Positions 51,412-60,092 of a stretch of 64,000 nt of DNA are shown here, piece after piece. Numbering within the stretch: the first letter of the stretch is position 1; every line of letters starts with the position of its first letter. Where the stretch lies: contig NZ_CBDEUW010000002.1 of assembly GCF_965243365.1 (NCBI RefSeq), positions 3,087,057 to 3,151,056 on the forward strand, given 5' to 3'. A program made the position numbers and the translations under genes. The notes beneath the pieces are model-generated. The model did not search any database, was not told where the DNA came from, and saw nothing but the letters and a program-made list of their open reading frames with translations. The stretch comes from Ruegeria sp. (GTDB lineage: Bacteria > Pseudomonadota > Alphaproteobacteria > Rhodobacterales > Rhodobacteraceae).

Positions 51412-52620
51412 TCAGGCAGGCACTCGATTTTCGATCCGGCCCATATGCAGCATGAAACCGAATGCCAAAATGCACATTGCCAGAACACCTGTTGTCAGCG
51501 GCGTGATCGAGCCATCGAACAACAGGCCCACAGGTGCAGCGATCGCAGCCGCCAGAACGGTGGAAATCGATCCGATGACCGAGGCCGCCATACCGGCAAT
51601 ATGGCCCATCGGTTCCATTGCGATAGCGTTCAGGTTGCCCATCGTTACTCCGGCCATAAAGAACACGGTGGTTTGCCAGAAGACGAACAATGCGAAGCCC
51701 CCTTGCGGCGACAGGTTGGTCATGTGCAGAACGATGACACCCGATGTGATCAATATCTGCGCCCCCAGCGCCCAGGTCACGATCCGGCGCATGCCCACAC
51801 GCACCACAATAGCGGCGTTCAACAGGCTGGCAGAACCGGAGACAATGGCAACAACAGCGAACCAGAACGGAAAGCTATCTGCCCGGTCGTGGATCACGTC
51901 ATAGACCGGCTGTACCATTGTCAGCATGGTAAAAAGCATACCCATGCAAAGGGTCTGAACCAGAATCGACAGTCGAACTGTCGGATGGGCAAACATTTCC
52001 TGCGCAGCCGCGACCATCAAAGGCAGCCGGAACGGGCGGCGGTTTTCAACGGGCAGGGATTCCGGCAGTCGCGCGGCCATCCACAAGACGATGATCAGTG
52101 CAAACAAAATGAAGGCCACAAAAATTCCGCGCCAGCCTACCAACGCGATCACACCTGCGCCCAGCATCGGCGCGGCGGCTGGAACCAGCGTAAAGATCAT
52201 CATCGCAATGGACACGATCCGCGCCATTTCCCGACCTGCATAAAGGTCACGTATGATGGCCATGGCGACCACCCGCGGACCGGCAGCACCAAGCCCTTGT
52301 ACCACGCGAGCAGCCAGAACAAGTTCGAGTGAGGAACTGGCCCAGGCCACGGCTGAGGCCAGAATATACAGACTCACACCGCCATAAATCACCGGCTTGC
52401 GCCCGACCGCGTCTGAAATCGGTCCGGTGAAGAATGTGCCGATCCCCATGCCCAAAACAAATGAGGTCAGGATCAGCTGCGCCTTGTTCAGATCATCCGG
52501 GCTCAGCTGTGCGCCGATCTCGGGCAGCGCGGGCAGCATGGAATCAATCGAAAAGGCAATAGTCGCGAACATCATCGCGATCAGGGCGATGAACTCGCCC
52601 CGTGACATGCGGTTGGACAT
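51412..52620 (-). CDS. MFS drug-resistance transporter (Bcr/CflA subfamily)
   Basis: Twelve TM segments, an N-terminus typical of Bcr/CflA (FSIDSMLPALPEIG) and motif A GPISDAVGRKP. Confidence 0.85.
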   Translation of the reverse strand: MSNRMSRGEFIALIAMMFATIAFSIDSMLPALPEIGAQLSPDDLNKAQLILTSFVLGMGIGTFFTGPISDAVGRKPVIYGGVSLYILASAVAWASSSLELVLAARVVQGLGAAGPRVVAMAIIRDLYAGREMARIVSIAMMIFTLVPAAAPMLGAGVIALVGWRGIFVAFILFALIIVLWMAARLPESLPVENRRPFRLPLMVAAAQEMFAHPTVRLSILVQTLCMGMLFTMLTMVQPVYDVIHDRADSFPFWFAVVAIVSGSASLLNAAIVVRVGMRRIVTWALGAQILITSGVIVLHMTNLSPQGGFALFVFWQTTVFFMAGVTMGNLNAIAMEPMGHIAGMAASVIGSISTVLAAAIAAPVGLLFDGSITPLTTGVLAMCILAFGFMLHMGRIENRVPA

Positions 52621-52694
52621 TGGGGACTCCTTCCCAATTGCGCTATCACGGCGGGGCAGGTCGGGCTAGTCAGGAAAATGCACAGCGATATGTG

Positions 52695-53354
52695 CTATTC
52701 TGCAGAGGAACCCTCAATCTGAGACATGATTTCGGCAATCACCTGGCCCCATAGTTCTGGCGGTTGGGCGCCCGGCACTGCGTGTTGGTTGGCAACGATA
52801 AAGGTTGGCACGGAGTTGACACCCATCTGTCGCGAATGTGCATCGCGGTTGCGGATATCCTCGCGGTCCGAGTCCGACTTTAGCAGCTTCTGCACAACGG
52901 CGGCGTCCATCCCAACACCGTCCGCGATATCGCCCAGAACCTCGTGATCGCCGATGTCGCGCGCCTCGACAAAATAGGCGTTGAACAGGGCGTCCACGAC
53001 ATCGTTTTGCTTGCCCTCAATCCCGGCCCAGTGGATCAGTCGGTGCGCATCCAGTGTGTTCGGGGTGCGCTTCATTCCTTCGAAATCAATACTCAGCCCG
53101 GCGTTTTCGGCATGTTCGACAACCGGTGCATAGGCACGCACAGCGCCATCCTTGCCGCCAAATTTCTGCTCAAGATACGCGCGCCGGTCCATACCGCCGT
53201 CTGGCATATCGGGATTCAATTGGAACGGATGCCATTCGATGACAAAGGGATGGTTGGGCACGTCCGCCAGCGCCTTGTCCAGATGGGTCTTGCCGATATA
53301 GCACCACGGGCAGATCGGATCGGACATGATATCGAGTTTGACGGTCTGGGTCAT
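52695..53354 (-). CDS. DsbA-family oxidoreductase (FrnE / 2-hydroxychromene-2-carboxylate isomerase-like)
   Basis: Thioredoxin-fold CPWC motif near the N-terminus (SDPICPWCYIGK). Confidence 0.85.
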   Translation of the reverse strand: MTQTVKLDIMSDPICPWCYIGKTHLDKALADVPNHPFVIEWHPFQLNPDMPDGGMDRRAYLEQKFGGKDGAVRAYAPVVEHAENAGLSIDFEGMKRTPNTLDAHRLIHWAGIEGKQNDVVDALFNAYFVEARDIGDHEVLGDIADGVGMDAAVVQKLLKSDSDREDIRNRDAHSRQMGVNSVPTFIVANQHAVPGAQPPELWGQVIAEIMSQIEGSSAE

Positions 53355-54865
53355 TCAGGCGTCGCCTTGAAATAGGCCGGCAGGGCGCGGCGCAGGAGTT
53401 TTCCGTTACCGCCCGTGGGCAGAGCAGGCAGATGGACAAAGACGCGTGGTTGTTTGTAACGCGCCAACTTGTCGGACACATAGGCCTGCAAGGCGGCTTC
53501 GTCCAGTTCTTCAGGGCCGGTATAGAAGGCGGCTATCACAAATGTGTCTGGCTTGACCTCGACCGCGGCGGCTCCGGCCTGCGCGATGCCCGGATGATGG
53601 GACAGTACCGCTTCGACCTCGACCGGTGAGACCCGATAGCCGCCTGCGTTCATCATATCGTCGTTACGGCCCAGATATGTGATTTGTCCATCTACGGCCA
53701 TGACCCCCTGATCTCCGGTCAGAAACCAATCGCCCTGCATGCGGGCCTCGGCCTCGCCCGGGGCGTTGAGATAGGTCAGCATCAGGCCGGGATCGTCCCT
53801 GTGGACCGCAATGGTGCCTTCCTGCCCTTGAGGCACCGGGCCATCAGGGCCGAGAATCGCAACGCGCCGCCCGGGCTGAGGTCGGCCCAGCGCTTCGCCC
53901 TGGGCCGGATGGGTTGGGTTTGACGAGACGAAGGTTGAACATTCGGACATGCCGTAGGCTTCGTACAGTTGGGTGCCGGTGGCTTGCATCCAGTGTTCGT
54001 GCAAAGGGCGGGACAGCTTTTCTCCGGCGCAGAGGCCGTGCCGCAGATCGGGTAAGTCAGGCAGAGGCCGCTGTAGAAGTTTTCGATACACACCCGGGGC
54101 GGCAGCAAAGATCGACGCCTTGTGTCGGCGCAGCAGGGCGGGCAGGTTGGCCAGTTCTGTGTCGGGGTGCGGGATCAGTGCCGTTGCACCAATGGTCCAC
54201 GGATCCATCAGCCCTGTGCCCAGAGTGTATGTCCAGTTGAACGCGCCCGCGTGGCATAGCCGGTCGTTTTCACGCAACCCATACCATCCATCCACCATCA
54301 TCTGCCGCGCCCAGATCGCCCTGTGGGCATGCGCCACTGCACGGGGATTGCCCGAGGTGCCCGACGTATAAACCACGTAAGCCAGCCGGTTCGGATTGCC
54401 CATGGCGAAAGCAGCGGGCGGCAGATCGCGCATCCGGGTTAGCTGATCCAGCTCCACCTGCTTTGGATGCGGCGCGCAGGCGATGGACGGGTCACGCAAA
54501 ACGGCCGCTGGTGACAGGTCCGAGATTATCTGGGCGGTTTCCGGCTCGGTCAGTTGGGCCGAAGTGGGTACAGGGATGACCCCAACCGCAATTGCACCCA
54601 AATAGGCGATAGGAAACTCGACCGAGTTCCCCAGGCGCATAAGCACGATATCTCCGGGGTTCAGACCGGCCTGCAACAGGCCCGTGCCTGTGCCAAGAAT
54701 GGCTGATTCCAGATCGGCAAAGCTCCAATCCTCGGTGCCTGTTTCGCCAAGGATCGACAGGGCCGTTTTGTTCGCAAGACGCCCGGCCTGACGCAGCACA
54801 TGCGCGGCCATGTTGAATGGCGCGGGGCATGGCGGTGGCGAGCCCTGATCGAATACAGACAGCAT
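53351..54865 (-). CDS. AMP-dependent synthetase/ligase (acyl- or aryl-CoA ligase)
   Basis: AMP-binding motif VVYTSGTSGNPRAV and the C-terminal GDQG...GRNDDMMNAGGYRVSP motif. Overlaps the dsbA-like gene by 4 nt. Confidence 0.9.
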   Translation of the reverse strand: MLSVFDQGSPPPCPAPFNMAAHVLRQAGRLANKTALSILGETGTEDWSFADLESAILGTGTGLLQAGLNPGDIVLMRLGNSVEFPIAYLGAIAVGVIPVPTSAQLTEPETAQIISDLSPAAVLRDPSIACAPHPKQVELDQLTRMRDLPPAAFAMGNPNRLAYVVYTSGTSGNPRAVAHAHRAIWARQMMVDGWYGLRENDRLCHAGAFNWTYTLGTGLMDPWTIGATALIPHPDTELANLPALLRRHKASIFAAAPGVYRKLLQRPLPDLPDLRHGLCAGEKLSRPLHEHWMQATGTQLYEAYGMSECSTFVSSNPTHPAQGEALGRPQPGRRVAILGPDGPVPQGQEGTIAVHRDDPGLMLTYLNAPGEAEARMQGDWFLTGDQGVMAVDGQITYLGRNDDMMNAGGYRVSPVEVEAVLSHHPGIAQAGAAAVEVKPDTFVIAAFYTGPEELDEAALQAYVSDKLARYKQPRVFVHLPALPTGGNGKLLRRALPAYFKATPE

Positions 54866-54930
54866 GCCATCTGGCTATCGCGGCCTCTGTCGCGTTGCAA
54901 GCACGGTGCGCTGCGCCTATAGAGTGCGTC

Positions 54931-55554
54931 ATGACCTCAAGCGACCCCAAATCCCTGATCCGCATTGCCCGCGACAATGGGACGGATACCCATGTTGAAC
55001 CCTTGGACCTAGGCGCGCGGGTGCGCGAATTGCGCAAGGCGCGGAACTGGACGCTGGAGCAGGCGGCCAATCAGGCGGGGCTGGCGCGCTCGACCCTCAG
55101 CAAAATTGAAAACGGTCAAATGTCGCCGACCTATGAGGCGCTGAAAAAGCTGGCGACCGGGCTCGAAATCTCAGTGCCGCAGCTTTTCACCGCGCCGCAA
55201 CGCGATCAGGTGATCGGGCGCATGGCGGTGACAAAGATGGGGGCCGGAACCGCTCATCCCACTGCCACATATGAACATGAGCTGCTGGCAGATACGCTGA
55301 CCAAAAAGCAGATGCTTCCCTATCGTGCCCGTGTGCGGGCCCGGTCGATGGATGAGTTTGATGGTTGGGTGCGCCACGACGGCGAAGAATTCATGTATGT
55401 GCTAACCGGTATCGTGCGGCTATATACCGAATTCTACGAACCCGTCGAAATGCGCCGCGGGGACAGCGCTTATTACGACGGTAGTATGGGCCACAATGTC
55501 ATATCCGTGAGCGACGAGGATGCGACAATCCTTTGGGTAACTTCGCTGACCTAA
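54931..55554 (+). CDS. XRE-family transcriptional regulator with a C-terminal cupin domain
   Basis: HTH LGARVRELRKARNWTLEQAANQAGLARSTLSKIENG and a cupin-like C-terminus (HDGEEFMYVLTG...). Divergent from the CoA-ligase operon. Confidence 0.85.
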   Translation: MTSSDPKSLIRIARDNGTDTHVEPLDLGARVRELRKARNWTLEQAANQAGLARSTLSKIENGQMSPTYEALKKLATGLEISVPQLFTAPQRDQVIGRMAVTKMGAGTAHPTATYEHELLADTLTKKQMLPYRARVRARSMDEFDGWVRHDGEEFMYVLTGIVRLYTEFYEPVEMRRGDSAYYDGSMGHNVISVSDEDATILWVTSLT

Positions 55555-55778
55555 AGCAGCTTGGCTTCGCGGTTCAGGGACTCGGTAAACAGAAAATCCT
55601 CAAGCTCTTCGTGTGCTTCGTTCACGGTCAGATGGTGGCGTTCGGCAAGATAGGCTTCAAATTGTTTGCGATCGTTGCGCACACGCGCCATGTCCTTGTC
55701 CCGCAGGTTTGGAAACCTGCGTTTTGCACGTGCGTAAGACGCTCCCCAATCTTGCGTCAGATCAGCCCAGTTCAACAT
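55551..55778 (-). CDS. Small (75 aa) hypothetical protein, weakly CsbD-like
   Basis: AAGGAAGG RBS before the ATG at 55778. The W..L...W......K..F..L.D.D pattern is loosely CsbD-like. The longer 131-aa ORF was rejected. Confidence 0.35.
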   Translation of the reverse strand: MLNWADLTQDWGASYARAKRRFPNLRDKDMARVRNDRKQFEAYLAERHHLTVNEAHEELEDFLFTESLNREAKLL

Positions 55779-55954
55779 CTGCGAGCCTTCCTTTATTCCG
55801 GTTTCAGGACTGCTCTCCCCCGAAACAGCGTAAGGAGTGGGTGGCTGGGCTGCGCACATGACAAAATGTCGCAGGTTGTTGGTGCGCATCCGATGCAAAA
55901 AAACCCACTGCGGTGATCCCGCAGCGAGTTGAATCGCCTGACGCAAAAGGCCGG

Positions 55955-56626
55955 TTAACTGGTTTGTGTGTCTTCAGCCTTGAACAGCCAGTTCAGAACT
56001 ATGTGCCCGATAAACACTGCAATAATCTGCATCACGATGAACATCGGAATATGCGCTGGGTAGATGCCTGCGAAAGTATCGGTAAAGCCTCTTGCGATGG
56101 TTACCGCCGGATTGGCAAAACTTGTGGATGACGTGTACCAGTAGGCGCCAGTGATATAGAGGCCCACAAGCGCTGGTACCGTATCGGGTTTGTGCCGAAT
56201 TCCGCCGAAAATCACGAACAGCAGGCCCAGCGTGGCGATGATTTCCGAGAACCACTGGTGCGATCCGGTGCGGTGCAGGGTTTCGGATGTCTGAAGAATC
56301 GGCAGGTCGAACATATAGTGGCAGGCCCAGACACCCATGATCCCGCCTGCGATCTGCACCACCATGTAGGGGGCGACGGCAGCCCATGGGTGTTCGCCGC
56401 GCAGGGCAAAGGCCAGTGTAACCGCCGGATTGAAATGCGCACCGGAAACCGGCCCCAGCGTCGTGATGATCGCGTAGAGCATGCAGCCCGTCGCAATCGC
56501 GTTCGCCAGCAGCGCCAGCGCAATGTTTCCGTCGGACAGGGTCTGGGCCATGATCCCTGATCCGACAACACCAATCAGCAGGAAGGCGGTGCCCAGAAAC
56601 TCGGCGAAATACTGGCGGGCGCTCAT
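55955..56626 (-). CDS. aqpS: Aquaglyceroporin (MIP family), ars-associated AqpS-like arsenite channel
   Basis: NPAVT motif and MIP topology. Its start overlaps the arsC stop codon (ATGA). Confidence 0.85.
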   Translation of the reverse strand: MSARQYFAEFLGTAFLLIGVVGSGIMAQTLSDGNIALALLANAIATGCMLYAIITTLGPVSGAHFNPAVTLAFALRGEHPWAAVAPYMVVQIAGGIMGVWACHYMFDLPILQTSETLHRTGSHQWFSEIIATLGLLFVIFGGIRHKPDTVPALVGLYITGAYWYTSSTSFANPAVTIARGFTDTFAGIYPAHIPMFIVMQIIAVFIGHIVLNWLFKAEDTQTS

Positions 56627-57099
56627 TGGATGTCTCCGATACGTTTGAGTTGCGCGGTTAGTTCAGCGTTGCCCAGGGTCTCGACCGGCAGGTCCAGCAA
56701 AGCCGCTGCGCGACGCCCGAGAATATCGTAAGCGGTACGAAAGGCCTCGTCCCAGTCCTCCTCGGACGCGGCTGCGGGATCCTTGACACCCCAATGGGCG
56801 CGCACCGGGGCACCGGGCCACACGGGGCAGGTTTCCTCGGCCGCCGATCCGCACACCGTAATCACCATATCCATCTCGGGGGCGTCGTCAGCGGCGAATT
56901 CATCCCAGCTTTTTGACCGAGAGTCGGACAGGTCGTGGCCTACACTTTCCAACAGGGTCAGAGATTGAGGATGTACTTTCCCAGTAGGGTTCGAGCCGGC
57001 CGAGAATGCGCGCAATCGACCATCGCTGGTATGATTGAAGATCGATTCCAACAGGATCGACCGGGCTGAGTTGCCGGTACACAGAACAAGTATGTTCAT
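56623..57099 (-). CDS. arsC: Arsenate reductase, LMW-PTPase (thioredoxin-coupled) type
   Basis: CX5R P-loop LCTGNSARS plus the downstream Cys pair (VCGSAAEETCPVWPG). Start set at the ATG at 57099, which has an AAGGA RBS. Confidence 0.9.
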   Translation of the reverse strand: MNILVLCTGNSARSILLESIFNHTSDGRLRAFSAGSNPTGKVHPQSLTLLESVGHDLSDSRSKSWDEFAADDAPEMDMVITVCGSAAEETCPVWPGAPVRAHWGVKDPAAASEEDWDEAFRTAYDILGRRAAALLDLPVETLGNAELTAQLKRIGDIQ

Positions 57100-57127
57100 T
57101 TGGAAGAGTCCTTGGAGTGGGCGTGGA

Positions 57128-57952
57128 TCACTCGGCCATGCGACCGATGTCGTCCACCTTATGTTGCAGGGAAATACGGTCGAGCGTTTCAAACGGCAGG
57201 CTGACAAAGGCTGTGATCCGGTTGCGCAGCAGGCCATAAGCCTGCTGGAATGCCAGATGTTTCTGCGCATCGGTGCCTTCGGTCTTTACCGGGTCGGCCA
57301 GACCCCAATGGGCGCTCATCGGTTGGCCCGGCCATGTGGGGCAGGCTTCGTTGGCGGCGTGATCGCAGACCGTGAAAACAAAATCCATTTGCGGAGCTGC
57401 GTCACTAGCGAATTCATCGACGGATTTCGAGCGCAGGTTGGATATCTCATAGTCTTTCTGACTCAACAGCTCGATCACTTCGGGGTGTGGTTGGCCCGAG
57501 GGGGCGGTGCCAGCCGAATATGCGCGAAACTGTCCGTTACCTTCGGCGTTCAGGATTGCTTCGGCCATGATCGAACGGGCCGAGTTGCCGGTGCAGATAA
57601 ACAGCGCGTTCAGAACGCGGTCAGGGCTGGTCATGATTGGATCTCCGGAGGTTTGCAGGCAGAGGTCGGGACGGTTTTGGCAGCAATCGCCCAGAAGCCC
57701 GTTGAACAGGCCCCGCACGGCAGGCAGATTGGCTGAATAATGCAGAGATGTGCCGGTGCGCGACTGAACGATCAACTCAGCCGCCTTCAGCGCATTCAGA
57801 TAGGTCGACGTTGTGTTTGGTTTCAGTGCCAGAGCGTCGGCGATTTCTCCGGCGGGCACAGAATCCGGGTAGCGGCGCATCAGCAGCTGAAACAGGTCCA
57901 GCCGTTTGGGGTGCGCCAATGCGCTCAATCTGTCGTGTATCTCTATTTCCAT
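57128..57952 (-). CDS. ArsR-family HTH regulator fused to an LMW-PTPase/ArsC-type domain
   Basis: The N-terminal roughly 90 aa form an ArsR/SmtB winged helix (LSALAHPKRLDLFQLL...). The linker carries a Cys triad, DCCQNRPDLC. The C-terminal domain has ICTGNSARS and VCDHAANEACPTWPG. Confidence 0.85.
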   Translation of the reverse strand: MEIEIHDRLSALAHPKRLDLFQLLMRRYPDSVPAGEIADALALKPNTTSTYLNALKAAELIVQSRTGTSLHYSANLPAVRGLFNGLLGDCCQNRPDLCLQTSGDPIMTSPDRVLNALFICTGNSARSIMAEAILNAEGNGQFRAYSAGTAPSGQPHPEVIELLSQKDYEISNLRSKSVDEFASDAAPQMDFVFTVCDHAANEACPTWPGQPMSAHWGLADPVKTEGTDAQKHLAFQQAYGLLRNRITAFVSLPFETLDRISLQHKVDDIGRMAE

Positions 57953-57976
57953 AATTCATGAATTATGGAAATAGAG
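57941..57976. promoter_or_regulatory. Perfect 36-bp palindrome covering the arsR-fusion start codon; candidate ArsR operator and/or terminator of the upstream SBP gene
   Basis: All 18 pairs of CTCTATTTCCATAATTCATGAATTATGGAAATAGAG were checked and are complementary. The ATG (57952-57950, minus strand) lies inside it. Confidence 0.6.
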
Positions 57977-57984
57977 TGCTCAGG

Positions 57985-59799
57985 TCAATCCTGATACCAC
58001 CAGACTTGTGGCATATATTCCGGCCCGTCTCCGTAAATTGGCAGAACCTCGGGGAATTTCAGCTCTTTGGCGTGGGCGATACGGCCAACATCAAAACTCC
58101 AGATCGGAATGACATAGCGCCCAGCGGTCAGTACCCGGTCCAACGCGCGGGTGGCGGCCACGAAATCCTCACGGCTTTCCGAGGTCAGCATCGCGTCGAT
58201 CAACCCGTCCACAGCGGGCGAGGCGACGCCCATAAGGTTGCGTGTACCCGGCGTGTTGGCGTTTTCGCTGCCCCAATACAGACGTTGCTCATTCCCCGGA
58301 GACAATGACAAAGCGCGGCGGAAGATGGTCATGTCAAAATCAAGATCCGCGGTCCGCTCGGTAAACTGCGCGGCGTCCACCTTGTCTACGGTGACTTGAA
58401 TGCCCAGACGCTCCAGCGCTCCGATATAGATGTCGATCGCGGTCTGGTTATCCGTGTCGCCCTGTTGCAGAAGGACCGTGATCGTAAAGGGGTCGCCTTT
58501 TTCATTGCGCAGCACGCCGTCCTTGATGGTCCATCCTGCCTCGGCCAACAGCCTGGTGGCGGCGCGGATATTGGCACGATTACGAGCCGACCCATCGCCC
58601 TCGGGTGGGGTGTAACCTTCGATAGTGCCCGGAGGCAGATCATCGGCATAAGGCAGTAGCAGGTCTTTAACCTTGCCTGTCGCCTCACCCGGCTGCATCG
58701 CAAGCTCTGATCCCGAGAAGTAGGACGTGATCCGCGGCTGCGCGCCGCCGGTGATCGTGTCGTTGATGAACTCGAAATTGAAGGCCAGCGCCAGCGCCTC
58801 GCGTACGCGCCAGTCATCGAAAGGCGCTTTGCGTGTATTCATCACGAACCCGGTCATGCCCGAAGGCTTACCATGCGGGATTTCCGTTTTGATCACGTCG
58901 CCACGCTGAACGGCAGGAAAGCCATATTGGGTGTCCCATTTGTCGGCATTGAATTCGCGGACAGCCGACAGTTCTCCGGCTTTGAAGGCCTCGAACAGGA
59001 CAGTGCCGTCGCCATAAAACTCGATCCGCATATCGTCCAGATTCATGGTGCCCTTGCGAAACGGAATATCGGCGCCCCAGTAATCCGGATTGCGGCGCAG
59101 GTTCACATAGCGGCCCGCTTCATAATCGTCGATCACGTAGGGCCCGGTGCCAATTGGCACATCATGCAGTGATGCATCGGCAAAGTCTTTCCCCTCCCAC
59201 TGTGATTTTTGCAGGATCGGGCGCATCCCGGCGATCAGGGCAAGTTCACGGTCCGGGGTATTAAAGGTGATCCGAACACTGCGTGGCCCCGTCTGTTCAA
59301 TGCTGTCTATTTTTCCCCAGAGGCCGCGATACCGCAGGTGCCCCTCGGTTCCCAGAGTCTCATACGACCAGATCACGTCGTCCACAGTGACCGGGCTACC
59401 GTCGGAAAAACGGGCGTTTTCCCGAAGCGTGAATTCGACCCAGGACCGGTCATCTGCTGTCTCAACTGATTCGGCTAAGAGGCCGTAAAGAGTGAAAGGT
59501 TCGTCCCAGGATCGGCCCATCAGGCTTTCATGGGTCCAAAATCGCAATTGCCAGGGTGACGTGCCTTTTTGCACAAACGGGTTCAAACTGTTATAGCCGC
59601 CCGTATTTCCAAAAACGACCTTCCCACCTTTGGGCGCGTCCGGATTTGCATAGGGCAAAGACACAAAATCCGGTGGTAGAGCAGGGTCTCCGTACATAGC
59701 TATGCCGTGACTCGAATCTGCCAGGGCCAGGGATGCGGAAAAAACGGCGGTGATTCCCGCAATTGCAGGAAGAACGGGTCGGAGATAATTGGCACTCAT
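57985..59799 (-). CDS. ABC transporter substrate-binding protein, family 5 (peptide/opine, YejA-like)
   Basis: 604 aa with a signal peptide. Size and motifs are typical of cluster C SBPs (YVIDDYEAGRYV.L.RNPDYWG). Confidence 0.9.
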   Translation of the reverse strand: MSANYLRPVLPAIAGITAVFSASLALADSSHGIAMYGDPALPPDFVSLPYANPDAPKGGKVVFGNTGGYNSLNPFVQKGTSPWQLRFWTHESLMGRSWDEPFTLYGLLAESVETADDRSWVEFTLRENARFSDGSPVTVDDVIWSYETLGTEGHLRYRGLWGKIDSIEQTGPRSVRITFNTPDRELALIAGMRPILQKSQWEGKDFADASLHDVPIGTGPYVIDDYEAGRYVNLRRNPDYWGADIPFRKGTMNLDDMRIEFYGDGTVLFEAFKAGELSAVREFNADKWDTQYGFPAVQRGDVIKTEIPHGKPSGMTGFVMNTRKAPFDDWRVREALALAFNFEFINDTITGGAQPRITSYFSGSELAMQPGEATGKVKDLLLPYADDLPPGTIEGYTPPEGDGSARNRANIRAATRLLAEAGWTIKDGVLRNEKGDPFTITVLLQQGDTDNQTAIDIYIGALERLGIQVTVDKVDAAQFTERTADLDFDMTIFRRALSLSPGNEQRLYWGSENANTPGTRNLMGVASPAVDGLIDAMLTSESREDFVAATRALDRVLTAGRYVIPIWSFDVGRIAHAKELKFPEVLPIYGDGPEYMPQVWWYQD

Positions 59800-59961
59800 T
59801 TTGGAAACAATCCTGCTCTGGCCTTATTTTGTTTGGGATTCATCGTACCGATGATTTTTCTTATTTTCAAACTTTTAGCTTGGACGGATGCAAGGAATTG
59901 CTTATAAAGGATGCACTGCTCGATAGGTTTCTTGCCTGTATGAAACCTGCCTCAATAACTT

Positions 59962-59989
59962 AACGCCCGCTTCGTGCGGGCGTTTTTTT
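59962..59989 (+). terminator. Strong orphan rho-independent terminator (plus strand) in a divergent intergenic region
   Basis: 9-bp stem AACGCCCGC/GCGGGCGTT, loop TTCGT, then a T-run extending to 59989. Confidence 0.75.
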
Positions 59990-60092
59990 ATGCAGAATCT
60001 GCCCTGAGGCATGGCCCATATCATTCCCCGTTTTCTTTGCAAGTGCAGCATGGCACTGTGTCCGCAAATTGGACATGAGACGGAGAACGGCC

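Noticed and set aside
55551-55946. The full-length 131-aa version of the ORF downstream of aqpS.
   Set aside because: The N-terminal 56 aa have no RBS and an odd composition. An internal ATG at 55778 has a strong AAGGAAGG RBS, so the 75-aa version is preferred.
57777-58308. Two ORFs on opposite strands that both begin MNYGNR... (57958-58308 plus strand, 57777-57959 minus strand).
   Set aside because: Both are mirror-image artefacts of the 36-bp palindrome. One overlaps the SBP gene and the other overlaps the ArsR gene, in wrong frames.
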